A stretch of 64,000 bases of DNA from Nitrospirales bacterium (GCA_965203295.1 CBDBCZ010000019.1:2688001-2752000), one strand, 5' to 3'. Shown: positions 50,888 through 62,855, numbered from the stretch's first letter. The notes: generated from the sequence alone by a model not told the origin. Program-made: numbers and translations.

Positions 50888-52280
50888 TAAGACTCCCTCC
50901 TCTCAGAATGTTCGATCCACCGTCTCACGACAATGCGATTGCCATCTACCCTGACTACTTCAAGGGGTTGGCCCCGCTTGGATAAATTCGCCATCAGAAA
51001 CGACATCGACTCGCTCTCCATCAATATGGGCAATACCGGCAGGGTGAAGATCGGATGCTGCGGTCCCACGTTTCCCCATCCATTGACGATCCTCCTCGGG
51101 CGAAGAGGCGTATCCCTCTTCAGCAGGAAGTTTCATTTCAAGTACCAACTTCTTCCCAAATGGGAGACGAGGAAAGTAGCGCAACACAATCAAGGCAACC
51201 GCTACCGCCAGGAGAATTGAAAGTGCAACTTGCCCGATCGCTTCCAAAATGACTCCCGATGTGGTCCCAGCGCCTACGAGACTTAGGCCAAGGCCGCCGA
51301 GGAGTGCAGCTATTCCTAAGATTCCCGTAATGCCGAAGCCGGGCACATAAAAAACTTCCAAGCCAACAAGGATGAGGCCAAGCCCGACAAGCAGAAGTTC
51401 TTCCAACCCTGCAAGACGAACAAGTCCATGGCCCCCAAAAAACAATGCCAGACTGATCAGCCCTAAGGCACCGGGAAAACCAAATCCGGGGGCCCGGATT
51501 TCCACAATGATTCCCAAGATCCCTATCGTCATCAGCAAGGAACTCACCACCGGGTGTGTGAGAAACCTTACTAATGTCTCGGCCCAGATCTCGGCCGCAT
51601 ACCAGATCTCATAATCCTCTAGATTGAGAAACTCTAGCACAGTTTCAAGATCATTCGCTCGAAAATCAGCGAACTGGAGCTTCAAGGCTTCATCCGTCGT
51701 GAGCGTGAGTAATTTTCCCTTGGCAATGACGTCGGAAATCTCTACATCCGCATCTACCATCGCTTCCGCAATCAATGGCGGACGATTTCGGCTTTCAGCC
51801 GTGGCTCGAAACTCTTTTCGCATGTACGATACGGTCTTCTCAGCGACCGGTTGGGCCGGAACACCTGGAAGGCCCATCTGGACTGGCGTTGCGGCCCCAA
51901 TAGTGGAACCATCGGCCATAACAATTTTCTTGGCTGCCAAGCTAATAAGCGCCCCTGCCGAAATGGCACGTTTATTCACAAAGGCCACTGTCTGGAGTTG
52001 TGATTCAAGAAGCGCATCTCGGATGACCACAGCAGCATCCACGCGCCCACCGAAAGTGTTGACCTCAAGAACAACTGCAGTACCCTTCGCTTCGGCTGCC
52101 TCTTCCAAAACACGCTCAATAAACGGGGCCAGGCCTAGATCGATGACTCCTTCAACCGGGACTACGTACACGAGTGGCTTTTGCGCGTTGACTGGGAAGG
52201 ATCCATCCAGCAAGATGGCTGCGGAAATTCCCAAAACACCAATCAAATTGGGATAGAACCAAATTCTGATGTTTGAGAAC
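50887..52280 (-). pseudogene. nfeD: NfeD-family membrane serine protease, frameshifted near 50965, native 5' end replaced
   Basis: NTFGGRVD, AISAGALI, GAATPV, IAEAMVD, L.PAG.A..DGERVDVVSDG; C-terminus V.RVDGNRIVVR is in another frame. Confidence 0.88.
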
Positions 52281-52372
52281 ATTTGAATCTTCCCTCGATA
52301 AAAAGGGTGAAGTTGAAGCGCCTCCGCCATTGGTTTATGAGCCTTGGCCAATAATTCCTCTTTATTCATCAT
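52275..52372 (-). pseudogene. 5' remnant of a malic enzyme gene fused to nfeD
   Basis: MNKEELLAKAHKP..EAL.LHPFYRGKIQ resembles malic enzyme N-termini; GGAGGG RBS upstream. Confidence 0.6.
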
Positions 52373-52503
52373 TGTTGCTCACCCTCCAAACGAAACGATC
52401 TTTTGCCAACATGTATTATGGGTCTGTTGAATAATTCAAAAATGTTTCAAATTGGCGACCACGGCCCAACACCCTCATGTGTCAGGAGAAAAGGGGGCAT
52501 CTC

Positions 52504-52743
52504 ATGGAATGCAATCTCGGAAAAACAGAGCGAAAAACTCGCATTGGCCTCGGAATTCTTTTCCTCGGAATCGCGGGGCTCACTATGCTTCCTGAATGGG
52601 GAAGTGCATTAGTATTTGGAGTTGGAGCCATTGCCTTGTTTATTGGAGCCATTGCCTTGTTTACAGGTGTAGCTCGGTATTGTCCAGTGTGGAGAATGTT
52701 GGGAATTAACATTTTTCATGATAAAGCAGCTGAGAGCCATTGA
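52504..52743 (+). CDS. DUF2892 (YgaP-like) membrane protein
   Basis: N.G..ER..R..LG...TG...YCP.W..LGIN; in-frame 21-nt duplication at 52622-52663. Confidence 0.85.
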   Translation: MECNLGKTERKTRIGLGILFLGIAGLTMLPEWGSALVFGVGAIALFIGAIALFTGVARYCPVWRMLGINIFHDKAAESH

Positions 52744-53014
52744 GGCAAATCACCCGAATGGAGGATCAGGCCATGTGGAGGAGAAGAGCGATGCACGGTG
52801 GACTGTCGTGCCTTCACCGACCTTTTAAATCCTTCTCAGTTTGTGATTCGTGGAAGAGGAGCCAGTCAATTCACCCCTTTCAAGGGCTCTGGAATGAAGC
52901 TCACGTGAGATAGGCCTAACAACAAGAGGCCTTGCAAAAGTGTGTGACACCAGGTAGAACCTTCGCTTAGCACTCTATCAAGAAAGCATTCAAAAGTTTA
53001 GGAAGGAACGTGAC

Positions 53015-54262
53015 ATGACCCAGCACCTAAAACGTGTCGGGATCCTTGTTGGAGGGGGGCCTGCTCCTGGTATTAACAGCGTCATCGAAGCCGCGACTCT
53101 TCGATGTCTTGCTCAAAATGTGGAAGTAATCGGGATTCAAGGGGGCTTCAATTCGATTATGCAAGGTGACCTTTCTAAAGCCCGCCCCATGACTCATGAA
53201 ACCATTCGTCGAATTCATTTTAGAGGAGGATCATTCCTTGGCACCTCACGGGCCAACCCTACCAAGGATCCAGCACTCCTAGAACGAACCTTGTCCTCTT
53301 TAAAAAACCTCCAAGTATCGGCACTCATCACCATTGGAGGAGATGATACGGCTTCCTCGGCATTACACCTGGAAAAAGCTGCACAAGGACGCATTCAGTT
53401 CGTTCACGTTCCGAAAACAATCGATAATGATTTGTGCCTTCCTCATGGCATTTCTACCTTTGGGTTTCAAACAGCTCGTCATTTTGGAGTAGAGATTGCC
53501 AAAAACCTCATTGTCGATTCCCATACAACCTCGCGTTGGTATTTTGTGGTCGCGATGGGACGCAAGGTAGGACATTTAGCCTTGGGCATTGGGAAAGCGG
53601 CTGGCACAGCCCTTACTCTTATCCCAGAGGAATTTTCCGATAGGTCGCTCACGTTGGCCGACCTTTCATCGGTATTGCTAGGATCGATTGTCAAGCGGTT
53701 GAGTCAAGGCCGTTCGTATGGAGTCGCTGTCCTCGCGGAAGGGTTGGCTGAGTGTCTCAATCCGGAAGAACTATCTGAACTGGGAACAGTTGAAAGGGAT
53801 GAACATGGTCACGTCAGGCTAGCCGAACTCAACATTGGGGAAGTCCTCAAGGAAATTGTCCAGAAAGAACTCAAACAGTTTGGAGTGAAACTCACGATTG
53901 TCACCAAAAACATTGGGTATGAACTTCGTTGTGCTGATCCCATACCCTTTGACATGGAGTACACAAGAGATCTGGGATACTGCGCAGCTCAATTTCTTCT
54001 CGATGGCGGCAACGCCGCCATGGTGTCCATTTGCGATGGACGATTTACGCCTCTCTCTTTCAAAGACATCCTTGACCCTGTTTCAGGAAAGGCTAAAGTT
54101 CGAATGGTGGATACCAACTCAGAGTATTACCAAATCGCCAGGCAATGCATGGATAGACTCACACCTGAGGATTGTTCAGATAGAAATTCACTCTCAAAGC
54201 TCGCAGAAACGCTCAACCTCCAACCAGAAGAATTCCGAAAACGATTCTTTCCCGAACTTTAA
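53015..54262 (+). CDS. pfp: Pyrophosphate-dependent phosphofructokinase
   Basis: GGGPAPGIN, GGDDT, PKTIDND, MGR, GYELRC; GGDD plus PKTIDND is the PPi-type signature. Confidence 0.9.
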   Translation: MTQHLKRVGILVGGGPAPGINSVIEAATLRCLAQNVEVIGIQGGFNSIMQGDLSKARPMTHETIRRIHFRGGSFLGTSRANPTKDPALLERTLSSLKNLQVSALITIGGDDTASSALHLEKAAQGRIQFVHVPKTIDNDLCLPHGISTFGFQTARHFGVEIAKNLIVDSHTTSRWYFVVAMGRKVGHLALGIGKAAGTALTLIPEEFSDRSLTLADLSSVLLGSIVKRLSQGRSYGVAVLAEGLAECLNPEELSELGTVERDEHGHVRLAELNIGEVLKEIVQKELKQFGVKLTIVTKNIGYELRCADPIPFDMEYTRDLGYCAAQFLLDGGNAAMVSICDGRFTPLSFKDILDPVSGKAKVRMVDTNSEYYQIARQCMDRLTPEDCSDRNSLSKLAETLNLQPEEFRKRFFPEL

Positions 54263-54278
54263 CAAAACTCTATGTGTA

Positions 54279-54380
54279 AAAACTTGAGTTTCAGTTGACG
54301 AACGCAGTCAGATAAAGTAGCGGATTTCTTGCTGCGAAACTTTAAACCCGAAACTGTCTTCTTAAACTTTAAACTTAAAA
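54279..54380 (+). repeat. Degenerate heptamer repeats (AAACTTT/AAACCCG/AAACTTA)
   Basis: GAAACTTTAAACCCGAAACTG...AAACTTTAAACTTAAAA; similar heptamers at 17237-17262 and, inverted, 10836-10856. Confidence 0.45.
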
Positions 54381-54430
54381 TCCATTGCTCGCCACTGTCT
54401 GATGAATCCCCCTCCTTTTTACTGTTCCCT

Positions 54431-55707
54431 TTAGTTTTTGGAAGCCCTACCGGAACAAGGCGCAGGTCGAGTACAACCTTCTGGAAGGCGAGTTCGTTCA
54501 TCCACGCAAGCCGAGTCAATTTGCTGCTGTGTGAGACCGTGGGCATGAATGATCGCGACGCCGTTGAGATTGGTCCCCACCATCGTCGCTTCTTGAATAT
54601 TGGCATCACGCAGATCCGCGCCATACAACCTCGCCCGGTCAAGGTGGGCCTCCTGAAGGTTAGCCTTAAACAAGATGGCCCTCTCCAAGTCAGAGTCACG
54701 AAGGTCTGCCTCCACCAGATTCGCCCATGCTAAATCAGCTCCAATGAGATTGGCTCCTCGAAGATTCGCTTCACCCAAATTGACCTCGAGAAGATCGGCC
54801 TCTTGGAGATTAGCTCCATAGAGATTTGCATGACGAAGATTCGCTTTGTACAGTATCGGCCTTTCCAGATTCGCTTCATGTAAATCAGCTCCCTCAAGAA
54901 GCGTCTCGTCCAGATTGGCTTTCCTTAAATCGGCCCAGGACAGATTAGCCCCTCGCAAGTCGGCTTTCTCGAGGTGAGTCTCATTCAGATCTGCCTCTTC
55001 AAGATTCGCATGCCTCAAAATTGCTCGGTGGAAGTCAGCTCCCTCAACCTCAGCTCGTCGAAGATTGGCGCTCTTCAAATTGGCTCTCTCGAGATTCGTA
55101 TTTACCAGTTTACCAGGTAGGCTTTCGCCAAATTGGCTTCATGTAAGTCAGCCATGAACAAATCAACCTCGCCCAAGTTTGTTTCCCTCAGGTCGGCAAA
55201 ACTCAAATTGGCCCTGCTCATGATGGCTTTTCGAAAATCAGCTCCTTCCATTTTTGCATGAACAAAATTGGCTTCCCGAAGGTCCGCAACATAGAGGGTC
55301 GCTTGAGTGAGGTCCGCATTCCGGAAGTCAGCCTTCACAAGACTGGTTCCGGACAGATTCGTTTGTCTCAACGTTGCTGAATTGAATTGGGCGCCACTCA
55401 AATTCATCTCCCGTAAGTCCATTTTGGTCAAATCGGAACGGCACAGATTGGCCCTCCTTCCTTGAGGATCCTGTCGATCAGCCAGCCATTTGAGGTGCGC
55501 ATCCAGAATATGGGTCAAGGTTTCTGCGGAAATCCTTCGATCTTGATAGGGACCTTGGCAAGAAGGTTGACTTTTCAAAATTAAAACAGAGAAAAAGGAG
55601 TCGGTGTTCTCTGCAAAAGAAGAGGATATCGTCAACATCACAAAGAGCACCAAGGATACGGCCAAGTCTCTGACGTCCAATCTCATTGAATACCTCCAGT
55701 GTTTCAC
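54431..55707 (-). pseudogene. Exported pentapeptide-repeat protein split by an 8-nt duplication
   Basis: Long A(D/N)Lxx runs in both ORFs; TTTACCAG repeated at 55101-55116; signal peptide. Confidence 0.9.
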
Positions 55708-55798
55708 CAGACAGGTTCGCTGAATGTTCCAGCTTGCTTGCCCTTACATCGTTCGAACAAACGAATCTCCTGGCCGACTTTCTTCGTTAATAAACCAA

Positions 55799-55814
55799 CG
55801 CAACTTCTATTCCA
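55799..55814 (-). promoter_or_regulatory. Sigma54 promoter of the pentapeptide-repeat gene
   Basis: TGGAATAGAAGTTGCG (GG-N10-GC). Confidence 0.5.
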
Positions 55815-56179
55815 TAAGTTCAATTACAGCAAGAGCTCACTGAATTTGGAATGTCCACTATCGATGAACTGAGGGGCTTCATTGAAGGAATGAGAAAAAT
55901 AAACCTGCCTACTTACGGAATCAAATAAGCGGCTTTTCGCTACAAAACGCGTCAAGAGTATTGTAGCAGATTACCCCATTTCGCCCATTCATGTGTATCA
56001 ATAGGGCAAACAAATATTGCGATTCAGAAAGGGAGAGGCAATCCGTTGTTCCGAATATTTTCTGGCCTTGTTTTTGCTCAATTTTGAAATTAGAAGTCGG
56101 TCTTGTGGATTAAACTGGTTTCTCGACGGATAGCGGCTAAGAGAAAAAAATTTGAACATGGGATAGAAAATTCACGCAT

Positions 56180-56402
56180 GAAAAGGTGAGAAGACAAAAC
56201 GCAAGCCCCATATTTAAGAGACTTAACCGACGAATTCCTTTATCCAACCCGAGCACCACGGAAATCGTGGCGAAAGACGTAATCACAACAATTAACAGGA
56301 CCTGCACCGTCACATTCTGCGTGACTCCGAACATATGGCCGAGTCCCGCATTGATCTGTTGGAATCCAAGTCCCAGTGAGGTGGCCAACCCAAACAGCGT
56401 GA
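56180..56402 (-). pseudogene. Internal fragment of a second BCCT transporter
   Basis: LFGLATSLGLG.QQINAGL...GLDKGIRRLS.LN aligns with VFGVATSLGFGAIQISGGL...GLHRGIKYLSNLN of the intact BCCT. Confidence 0.8.
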
Positions 56403-56659
56403 GTTGCTTTTCATATTGCTCGTTGGACATTTCCTGTTTCAGACAACGAAGCAAGACCGGGGCCATTCATTCTTCGTTTTCTTTTCCTGAATCCCGCTCA
56501 TTTCTCTTCTCATTTATGCCTGATGTTCACATTTGGGACCAGACCGCATTCAAAGGTTGTAGCTTTTTGCCACTGTTGTTTGATCCAATTACTTGCTGGA
56601 GTATATTCTTTTCTTGAATATTAAATATGCAGATGAATCTTTCCTTTGAAAGCATTTCA

Positions 56660-56675
56660 TGGCATCGTGTTTGCT
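56660..56675 (+). promoter_or_regulatory. Sigma54 promoter of the USP-antiporter-CDF operon
   Basis: TGGCATCGTGTTTGCT. Confidence 0.8.
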
Positions 56676-56702
56676 GATCTGCTACACGGAAGGAGAAAGA
56701 CC

Positions 56703-57227
56703 ATGAATGCTTTGGGATTTAAAAAAATCTTAGCTCCAGTTGATTTTTCATTTTGTTCACGAGAATCTTTTCGCACGGCCCTGTTACTGGCCAAGACTTT
56801 TGAGGCAGAAATTTTGTTGATTCATGTCATTGATACCAAGGCGTTAGGCGCGATGAATGCGTTGGGACTTGCTCTCCCGTCAGAGGAGAAAACTCAAAAG
56901 AAAAAACTCCGTCACCATGTACGGCTTGAAACCCGGAATCTCCTTCAAATGAACGAGGCCAAGGGTCTCCAGATCACGAGACTTCTCAGCGAAGGCAAAC
57001 CATTCGTTGAAATTGTCCGGACGAGCCGGATGGAGCACGTAGATCTAATCGTCATGGGAAGCTATGGGGGACAAACTGGAGATGTTGAACGAATTTTTTT
57101 CGGAAGTACCGCGGAACAGGTGGTGCGAACGGCTAATTGCCCAGTTCTCTGCGTTCCTTTCCCGCACAAAATATTTACCAAAGGGGCCGGCCAAGAGAGC
57201 CTGAAGCGTCGCCCAAAACGAAAATAA
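56703..57227 (+). CDS. Universal stress protein
   Basis: KKILAPVDFS, DLIVMGSYG, FFGSTAEQVVRTANCPVL; AGGAG RBS. Confidence 0.92.
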   Translation: MNALGFKKILAPVDFSFCSRESFRTALLLAKTFEAEILLIHVIDTKALGAMNALGLALPSEEKTQKKKLRHHVRLETRNLLQMNEAKGLQITRLLSEGKPFVEIVRTSRMEHVDLIVMGSYGGQTGDVERIFFGSTAEQVVRTANCPVLCVPFPHKIFTKGAGQESLKRRPKRK

Positions 57228-57362
57228 AGCCAGAGCAAAATACCAGTTATTTTCATAAGATGCTTCTTTCTCTTCCAACGCGGGGATCGAGTCAATTAGG
57301 CGAGAAAGCTCCCTCACGCGCCCATGCTGTGATTAGTCTTTTTTCCGCATAAGACGATCGTA

Positions 57363-58592
57363 TTGGAAATCTTCCTTGAACTATTAACGCTCCTAGTACT
57401 GACCTGACTGTTCAGCGAAGGCGCCAAACGCTTGGGACAACCAGGGTCCGTTGGTGAGCTGACCGCGGGAATCGCCCTTGCCTTCGCAGCCAGTCTTTTT
57501 GGAACAATCCTTCCCTTCCTCACACAGTTGGCAAGCAGTCAAGCCCTACATGATGTTGCCCAACTTGGGATATTCTTCCTTGTCCTGTTGGCCGGGGTCG
57601 AATCTCAACCTGATGAGCTTCGACAACATTCGGGCAGCACGTTCTTTGTGGCGATAGGCGGCGCCATCGTCCCCCTGACCCTTGGGTTCGGGTTAGCTTG
57701 GGCATTTCTTCCAACCTCGGAGTTCAAGACGGTTCAGGCCCTTTTGGTTGGGATCGCCATGTCGATCACTTCCATTCCGGCTACCATCAAAGTCTTATCT
57801 GAATTCAATTTGCTGCATTCGAGATTGGGGCAAACGATTGTCGGGGCTGCCATCTTTGATGATGTGTTGGGATTGTTCCTGCTGGCCATTTTGACCTCCA
57901 TGATGCAATCTGGAAACACACCTTCATTGCTCTCTTTCGCATTTCTCTTTGGAAAAGTCGCTCTGTACTTCGCCATTACAATCAGTCTTGGCGTCCACCT
58001 TTACCCCAAAGTCAGTCGCAGCCTCAAAGCCTTGCAATCTGCCGCTTTGGAATTCAGCGTCCTGATGGGAGTCGCCCTAGCCTATGGTCTATTGGCTGAG
58101 GCCTTGGGTATGCATTGGATCCTTGGAGCATTTCTTGCCGGACTCTTTTTTGAATCCTCTCGAGTGGGAATGAAAGCCTACCAGGAAATCAAGCTGATCG
58201 TGACGGGAATCACCAGAGGATTTCTGGGATCTTTGTTTTTCGTATCCATTGGGCTACACGTCCAGTTTGGAGCCGTAACCTCCATACCCTTATTCATGGG
58301 CCTCCTGATTCTTGTCGCCTTTTGTGGCAAGCTGATGGGATCAGGGCTTCCAGCTATGTGGTCGGGGTTAAGCAGCCGAGAGGGCATGGCGGTAGGTGTT
58401 GGAATGAGTAGCCGTGGGGCAGTGGAGCTCATTGTCCTCAGCATTGCCCTCGAGGCTGGTCTTTTTGCCCATGACGGACAAGAGAATCCGTTTGTTGCTC
58501 ATCTCTTTTCAGCGCTCGTGTTCATGGGGGTCGCCACAACGTTTGGTTCGCTTGTTCTCCTGCGACGAATTCTTCCAAAATCCACAACCTGA
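57363..58592 (+). pseudogene. Cation:proton antiporter (CPA2/NapA-like) with an early nonsense codon
   Basis: R.GQP..VGEL.AG, AAIFDDVLG, ILGAFLAG, GM.SRGAVELI; in-frame TGA at 57405 in the first TM. Confidence 0.85.
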
Positions 58593-58607
58593 AAACTTCA
58601 CACACTC

Positions 58608-59465
58608 ATGCCCCCGCCTTCCTTAAGGACCAACCGTCTTCGTGAAGTACGATTTGTACTGTGGTCCGTGCTCGCCTGTAATCTTGTCGTGGCTCTGGCC
58701 AAACTGAGCTATGGCCTTATGACTGAGGCCCTGGCGATGCAGGCTGATGGATTTCATTCCCTATTCGATGGGGTGTCGAATGTGGTGGGCCTCACCGGCC
58801 TTTGGCTGGCTGCCGCACCTCCTGACTATCATCATCCCTATGGTCACAAGAAGTTCGAAACGCTTGCGGCAGTAAGAATCGGGGGCATGCTGGTCACGAC
58901 GTGCCTGTATCTCATTTGGAGAAGTTACCTATCGTGGGCAGGCACAACGAGTCCTACCGTCACAGGAATAAGCTTTGGGGTCATGGTGATGACCATGGCC
59001 ATCAACTGATGACCATGGCCATCAACTATGGAATCACAAAGCAGTGAAATCCTCATTTTGACCTCTCTCTCGGTCCTGCTTGGCTTGATGGTGATGAAGC
59101 TCGGGTACCCGCAAATCGACCCCATCATTACCCTCATAGTGGCTGGAGTGATCGCATGGACCGCATTCAGCATTTTTCGGGAGGCTGTTTCATCCTTCAC
59201 CGATACCGTCCGTCTCGATCCTGAGGAGGTTCGTGCCGTCATCCTGGAAACGTCCGGTGTGGTAGAAGGTCATAACATTCGAACGCGGGGACTTCCTCAT
59301 CATATATTCATGGACCTGTCGATTCATGTGCAACCGGACTTGTCCATCGAAGCGGCTCATGCCATTGCTCATCGTGTGGAAGAATCCTTAAAGAACCACT
59401 TTCCCAATATTGAGGATATTGTGGTTCACATTGAACCAGCAGGGCATAAGGAGGATTTGAAATAA
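58608..59465 (+). pseudogene. Cation diffusion facilitator (FieF-like)
   Basis: ADGFHS..D, HPYGH.KFE, IDP, IRTRG, AH.IAH.VE, VHIEP; 20-nt duplication at 58987-59026 and an apparent loss of the second HxxxD motif. Confidence 0.88.
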
Positions 59466-59484
59466 ATCTATGAGGCAATAGCTT

Positions 59485-61480
59485 TTAGGCTATGAACGAG
59501 GAGCCTGACTGATAAATCGGCAAGGAGACATGAAGGGTCGCCCCTTTTTCAGGCTCGCTCTCAACCCAAATAGACCCTTCATGTTCCTGAATGATGCCGT
59601 GCGCCACCGTGAGACCAAGACCCGTGCCTTCACCAACAGGCTTTGTTGTGAAGAAGGGGGTAAAGAGTTTAGGAATGTTCTCCGGCGGGATTCCACATCC
59701 AGTATCGGACACCGAGAGTGTGACCGCGTGAGTTCCTGATGCGAGGCCTACTCCAAGAGTTCCACCATTGGGCATCGCTTGAATGGCATTGAACACGAGG
59801 TTGAGGAACACCTGTCCCATTTGATCTCGGTCGGCAAAGACGTTTGGGATACGAGTGCTCATGGCCGTCTCCAGCTTAATATGACGACGGTCGATTCGCT
59901 CACGTACGACATCAAGGATGTCATGCACGACACTCGTTAAATCTAGAGATCGGCGCTCAAGAGGACGACGTCGGGCAAAACTTAATAATTGGTTCATGAT
60001 TTTTGTGATACGCTCGACTTGCGCCACAATTGTGGCCAACCATTTTTGGGTTGTCGCTTCCGAAGTTTTTCGCATGAGGAATTCAGCACGCCCTAGAATG
60101 ACATTCATTGGTGTCCCGATTTCATGAGCCATTCCGGCTGCCAGTGTCCCAAGTTCCGCTAAGCGCTCAGTTTGTCGGAGCTGGGATTCCATTTGTATTC
60201 GTTCAGTCATATCCCTAAACGTGACCACAGTCCCCATCATCTTCCCGTTTTCAACGATAGGATTGCAGGTGTACTCGACAGGAAAATTCGATCCATCCTT
60301 TCGCCAAAACACCTCATCCTCTACGTGGTGAAACTGGCCATCTTGAAAAGATGCATAGATGGGGCATTCTTCTGGCGGGTAAGGGGTGCCATCTGACAGG
60401 GGTGCCATCTGACTTGGTATGATGGATAAGGTCGTGTTGAGAGCGACCGATCAACTCTTGGGAATTCCATCCAAGCATTCGCGCGCCTGCAGGATTGACA
60501 AACGTTGTATTCCCCTGCAAATCAAGGCCATAAATTCCTTCACCAGCCGAATCCAACAATAGTTCATTCTGCCTGACTAAGTTACGGAGTTCCTCTTCGG
60601 CACGTTTTCTCTCGGTAATGTCCAGAACGATCGCAATAAAGAATTTGGAACTTTCCAATGTGGAAATTTGGAGATGAACTTCGACCGGATACAACGAGCC
60701 ATCCTTACGGCGGTGAACCGTTGTATATTCAAGCTTTTCCTTATTCTTCGTCTGTAAAGGTTGGATGAGTCGTGCAAACGATTCCGGTGAATACTCCGTC
60801 TGTAAGTGGAGAGGGGTTAACTGTCGGAGGTCATCCATGGTATACCCGAGATTTTCTCGGGCTCCTCGGTTGACTTGAATAAACCGTAACGTATCCGATT
60901 CATAAAAATAGATCTCGTTAATCGATTCTTCCAACACTTTGGCAAAACGCGCGATTTTTTCTTCCGCCAATTTTCGGTCTGTGATATCCCGAAGAATAAC
61001 CGTAAATAATTTTTTCCCTTCTACCTCAACTTTGGAGATGGCAGCTTCAATAGGGAATTTTTCGCCTGTACTCCGGAGTCCATAAATCATCCCTAATGCC
61101 CCCATCAGACGATTTGTCACATCGTTTTCTCCAAAGGTTTGGATGTGGGAATGGTGCCCGTCACGAAAACGGTCTGGGATCAAATGCTCGAGACTTTGGC
61201 CGATGACTTGACGGGAGGAATAGCCGAACATGTTTTCCGCTGCAGCATTAAACAGGATAACCTGTTGGTCTTCATCAACAGTAATAATGGCATCCATGGC
61301 TGAATAAATGATTACCGCCAACTGAAGTTCAATGGCTTGTAACCCTGCTTGGGTTTGCTGATGCATGGCTTCAACGGAGCGGAGTTCCGCAATTTCACTG
61401 CGCAGCCTTTCAAGCTCTTTGGCGAGTTGCTCTTTGGGGAGTTTTTGATTCATTTCAGAATGGCGCCCTTCACGAAACAC
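59485..61480 (-). pseudogene. Three-PAS sensor histidine kinase split by a 16-nt duplication
   Basis: PAS motifs (FN.AAE.MFGY, RKDGSLYPVE, VNPAGARMLGW), AHEIGTP, NLVFNA, DTGCG, PFFTTK, GTGLGL; duplication at 60382-60413. Confidence 0.92.
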
Positions 61481-61485
61481 CTGTG

Positions 61486-62855
61486 TCAGGTTTTCTCCTT
61501 TTCCATTTCTCCCAACTTTCTGTAGAGAGTCTTTCGGTCAATGCCGAGAACCTGGGCTGCCTGGTACTTATTTCCACCATTCTTCTCAAGAATACGACGG
61601 ATGTAAATCCCCTCCAATTCTTCGAGTGAGAGCAGACGTTCAACTGTTTTCTCGATGACTTGTCGTTCCCCGGATGTCTCTCGAATCACAGGGGGTAAAT
61701 CTTCCAGAATAATCTTGTCACTCCGGGCAAGCGTCACCGCACGTTCAACGACATTCTCCAATTCCCGTACATTTCCAGGCCATGAATAGTCCATTAACAG
61801 CCCCAGAGCTGATTCGCTTTCCTGTTCATGGGTTTATCTCTTAACGCGGCGCACCTCTGAAGCAACATGTTGGTCAACAACGGAATGTCCTCCTTCCGTT
61901 CCCGCAGCGGTGGAAGTCGGATCTCAATCACATTCAATCGATAAAAGAGGTCTTCTCTAAACCGTTTGACCTTCACCTCTTCAGCTAATTGAATATTCGT
62001 GGCCGCAATAATGCGAGCATCAACCGGGATGGAACGCGTCGCTCCTACACGGCGTATCTCCCGTTCCTGGACAGCCCTGAGCAATTTGGCTTGTAGCATC
62101 ATGGGCATTTCACTAATTTCATCGAGAAACAACGTTCCCTTTTGGGCTTCCTCAAACAGGCCTCTCTTGTCATTCTTCGCATCAGTAAATGAGCCTTTGA
62201 CATGTCCAAATAACTCACTTTCCAAGAGTTGTTCCGGAATGGCCGCACAATTCACTGCGACAAAAGGGGCCTCCCGACGACCACTATTGAAATGGATTGC
62301 CTTTGCGACGCGTTCTTTACCGGTCCCACTTTCTCCTGTGATCAGTATATTCGTTTGAGAATCTGCGACCCGACGAATGAGATCGAATACTTCCCGCATC
62401 GGTTTGCTCTTCCCTAAAATCTGATCGAACGCATACTCCTGGTGAACCTACTGACGCAGCAGGGCCACCTCCTGACGGAGGAGCGCTTCTCGCATCACCT
62501 TCTCAACGGTGAGGAGTAATTCATCGGTTTTAATGGGTTTTGTGAGGTAATCAAAAGCCCCTTGCTTCATGGCTTCAACCGCCGTTTCCACAGTACCAAA
62601 GGCTACCATAATAATGACATTGCACCTCGGGAATTGTTGAACGACTTCATGGAGCAACTCCATTCCTTGGATACCCTTCATTCGAAGATCGGTGAGAACC
62701 ACCAACGCTTCATTGCTACTCAGTTGTTCGAGCGCTTCTTTCCCTTCCTGAGCGAACGTCACCGCATAGCCGTGTTCCTCCAGTATATCCTTTAGGAGAG
62801 TTCTCATCTCGACTTCGTCATCAACAACCAAAATGGACTTAGCATTCTGTTCCAT
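61486..62855 (-). pseudogene. NtrC-family sigma54 response regulator
   Basis: Receiver domain, [36 protein letters not shown], Fis HTH; TAG at 62448 and a frameshift near 61820. Confidence 0.92.

Noticed and set aside
14047..52256. Long antisense ORFs such as 14978..15580, 41452..42246 and 51624..52256
   Set aside because: They are opposite-strand shadows of well-supported genes and carry no recognisable motifs.
52951..52968. Sigma54 promoter before pfp (AGGTAGAACCTTCGCT)
   Set aside because: GG-N10-GC spacing is present but both boxes are poor and I saw no paired upstream motif.
56000..56045. c-di-GMP-I riboswitch (AGGGCAAAC...GAAAGGG), and a similar GGCAAA at ~52744
   Set aside because: The required stems do not pair and GACGCAAAG is absent.
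8277..62450. Stop-codon recoding (Sec, Pyl or alternative genetic code) to explain in-frame stops
   Set aside because: TGA, TAG and TAA all occur, at positions expected for different residues, mostly in genes that also carry frameshifts or deletions.
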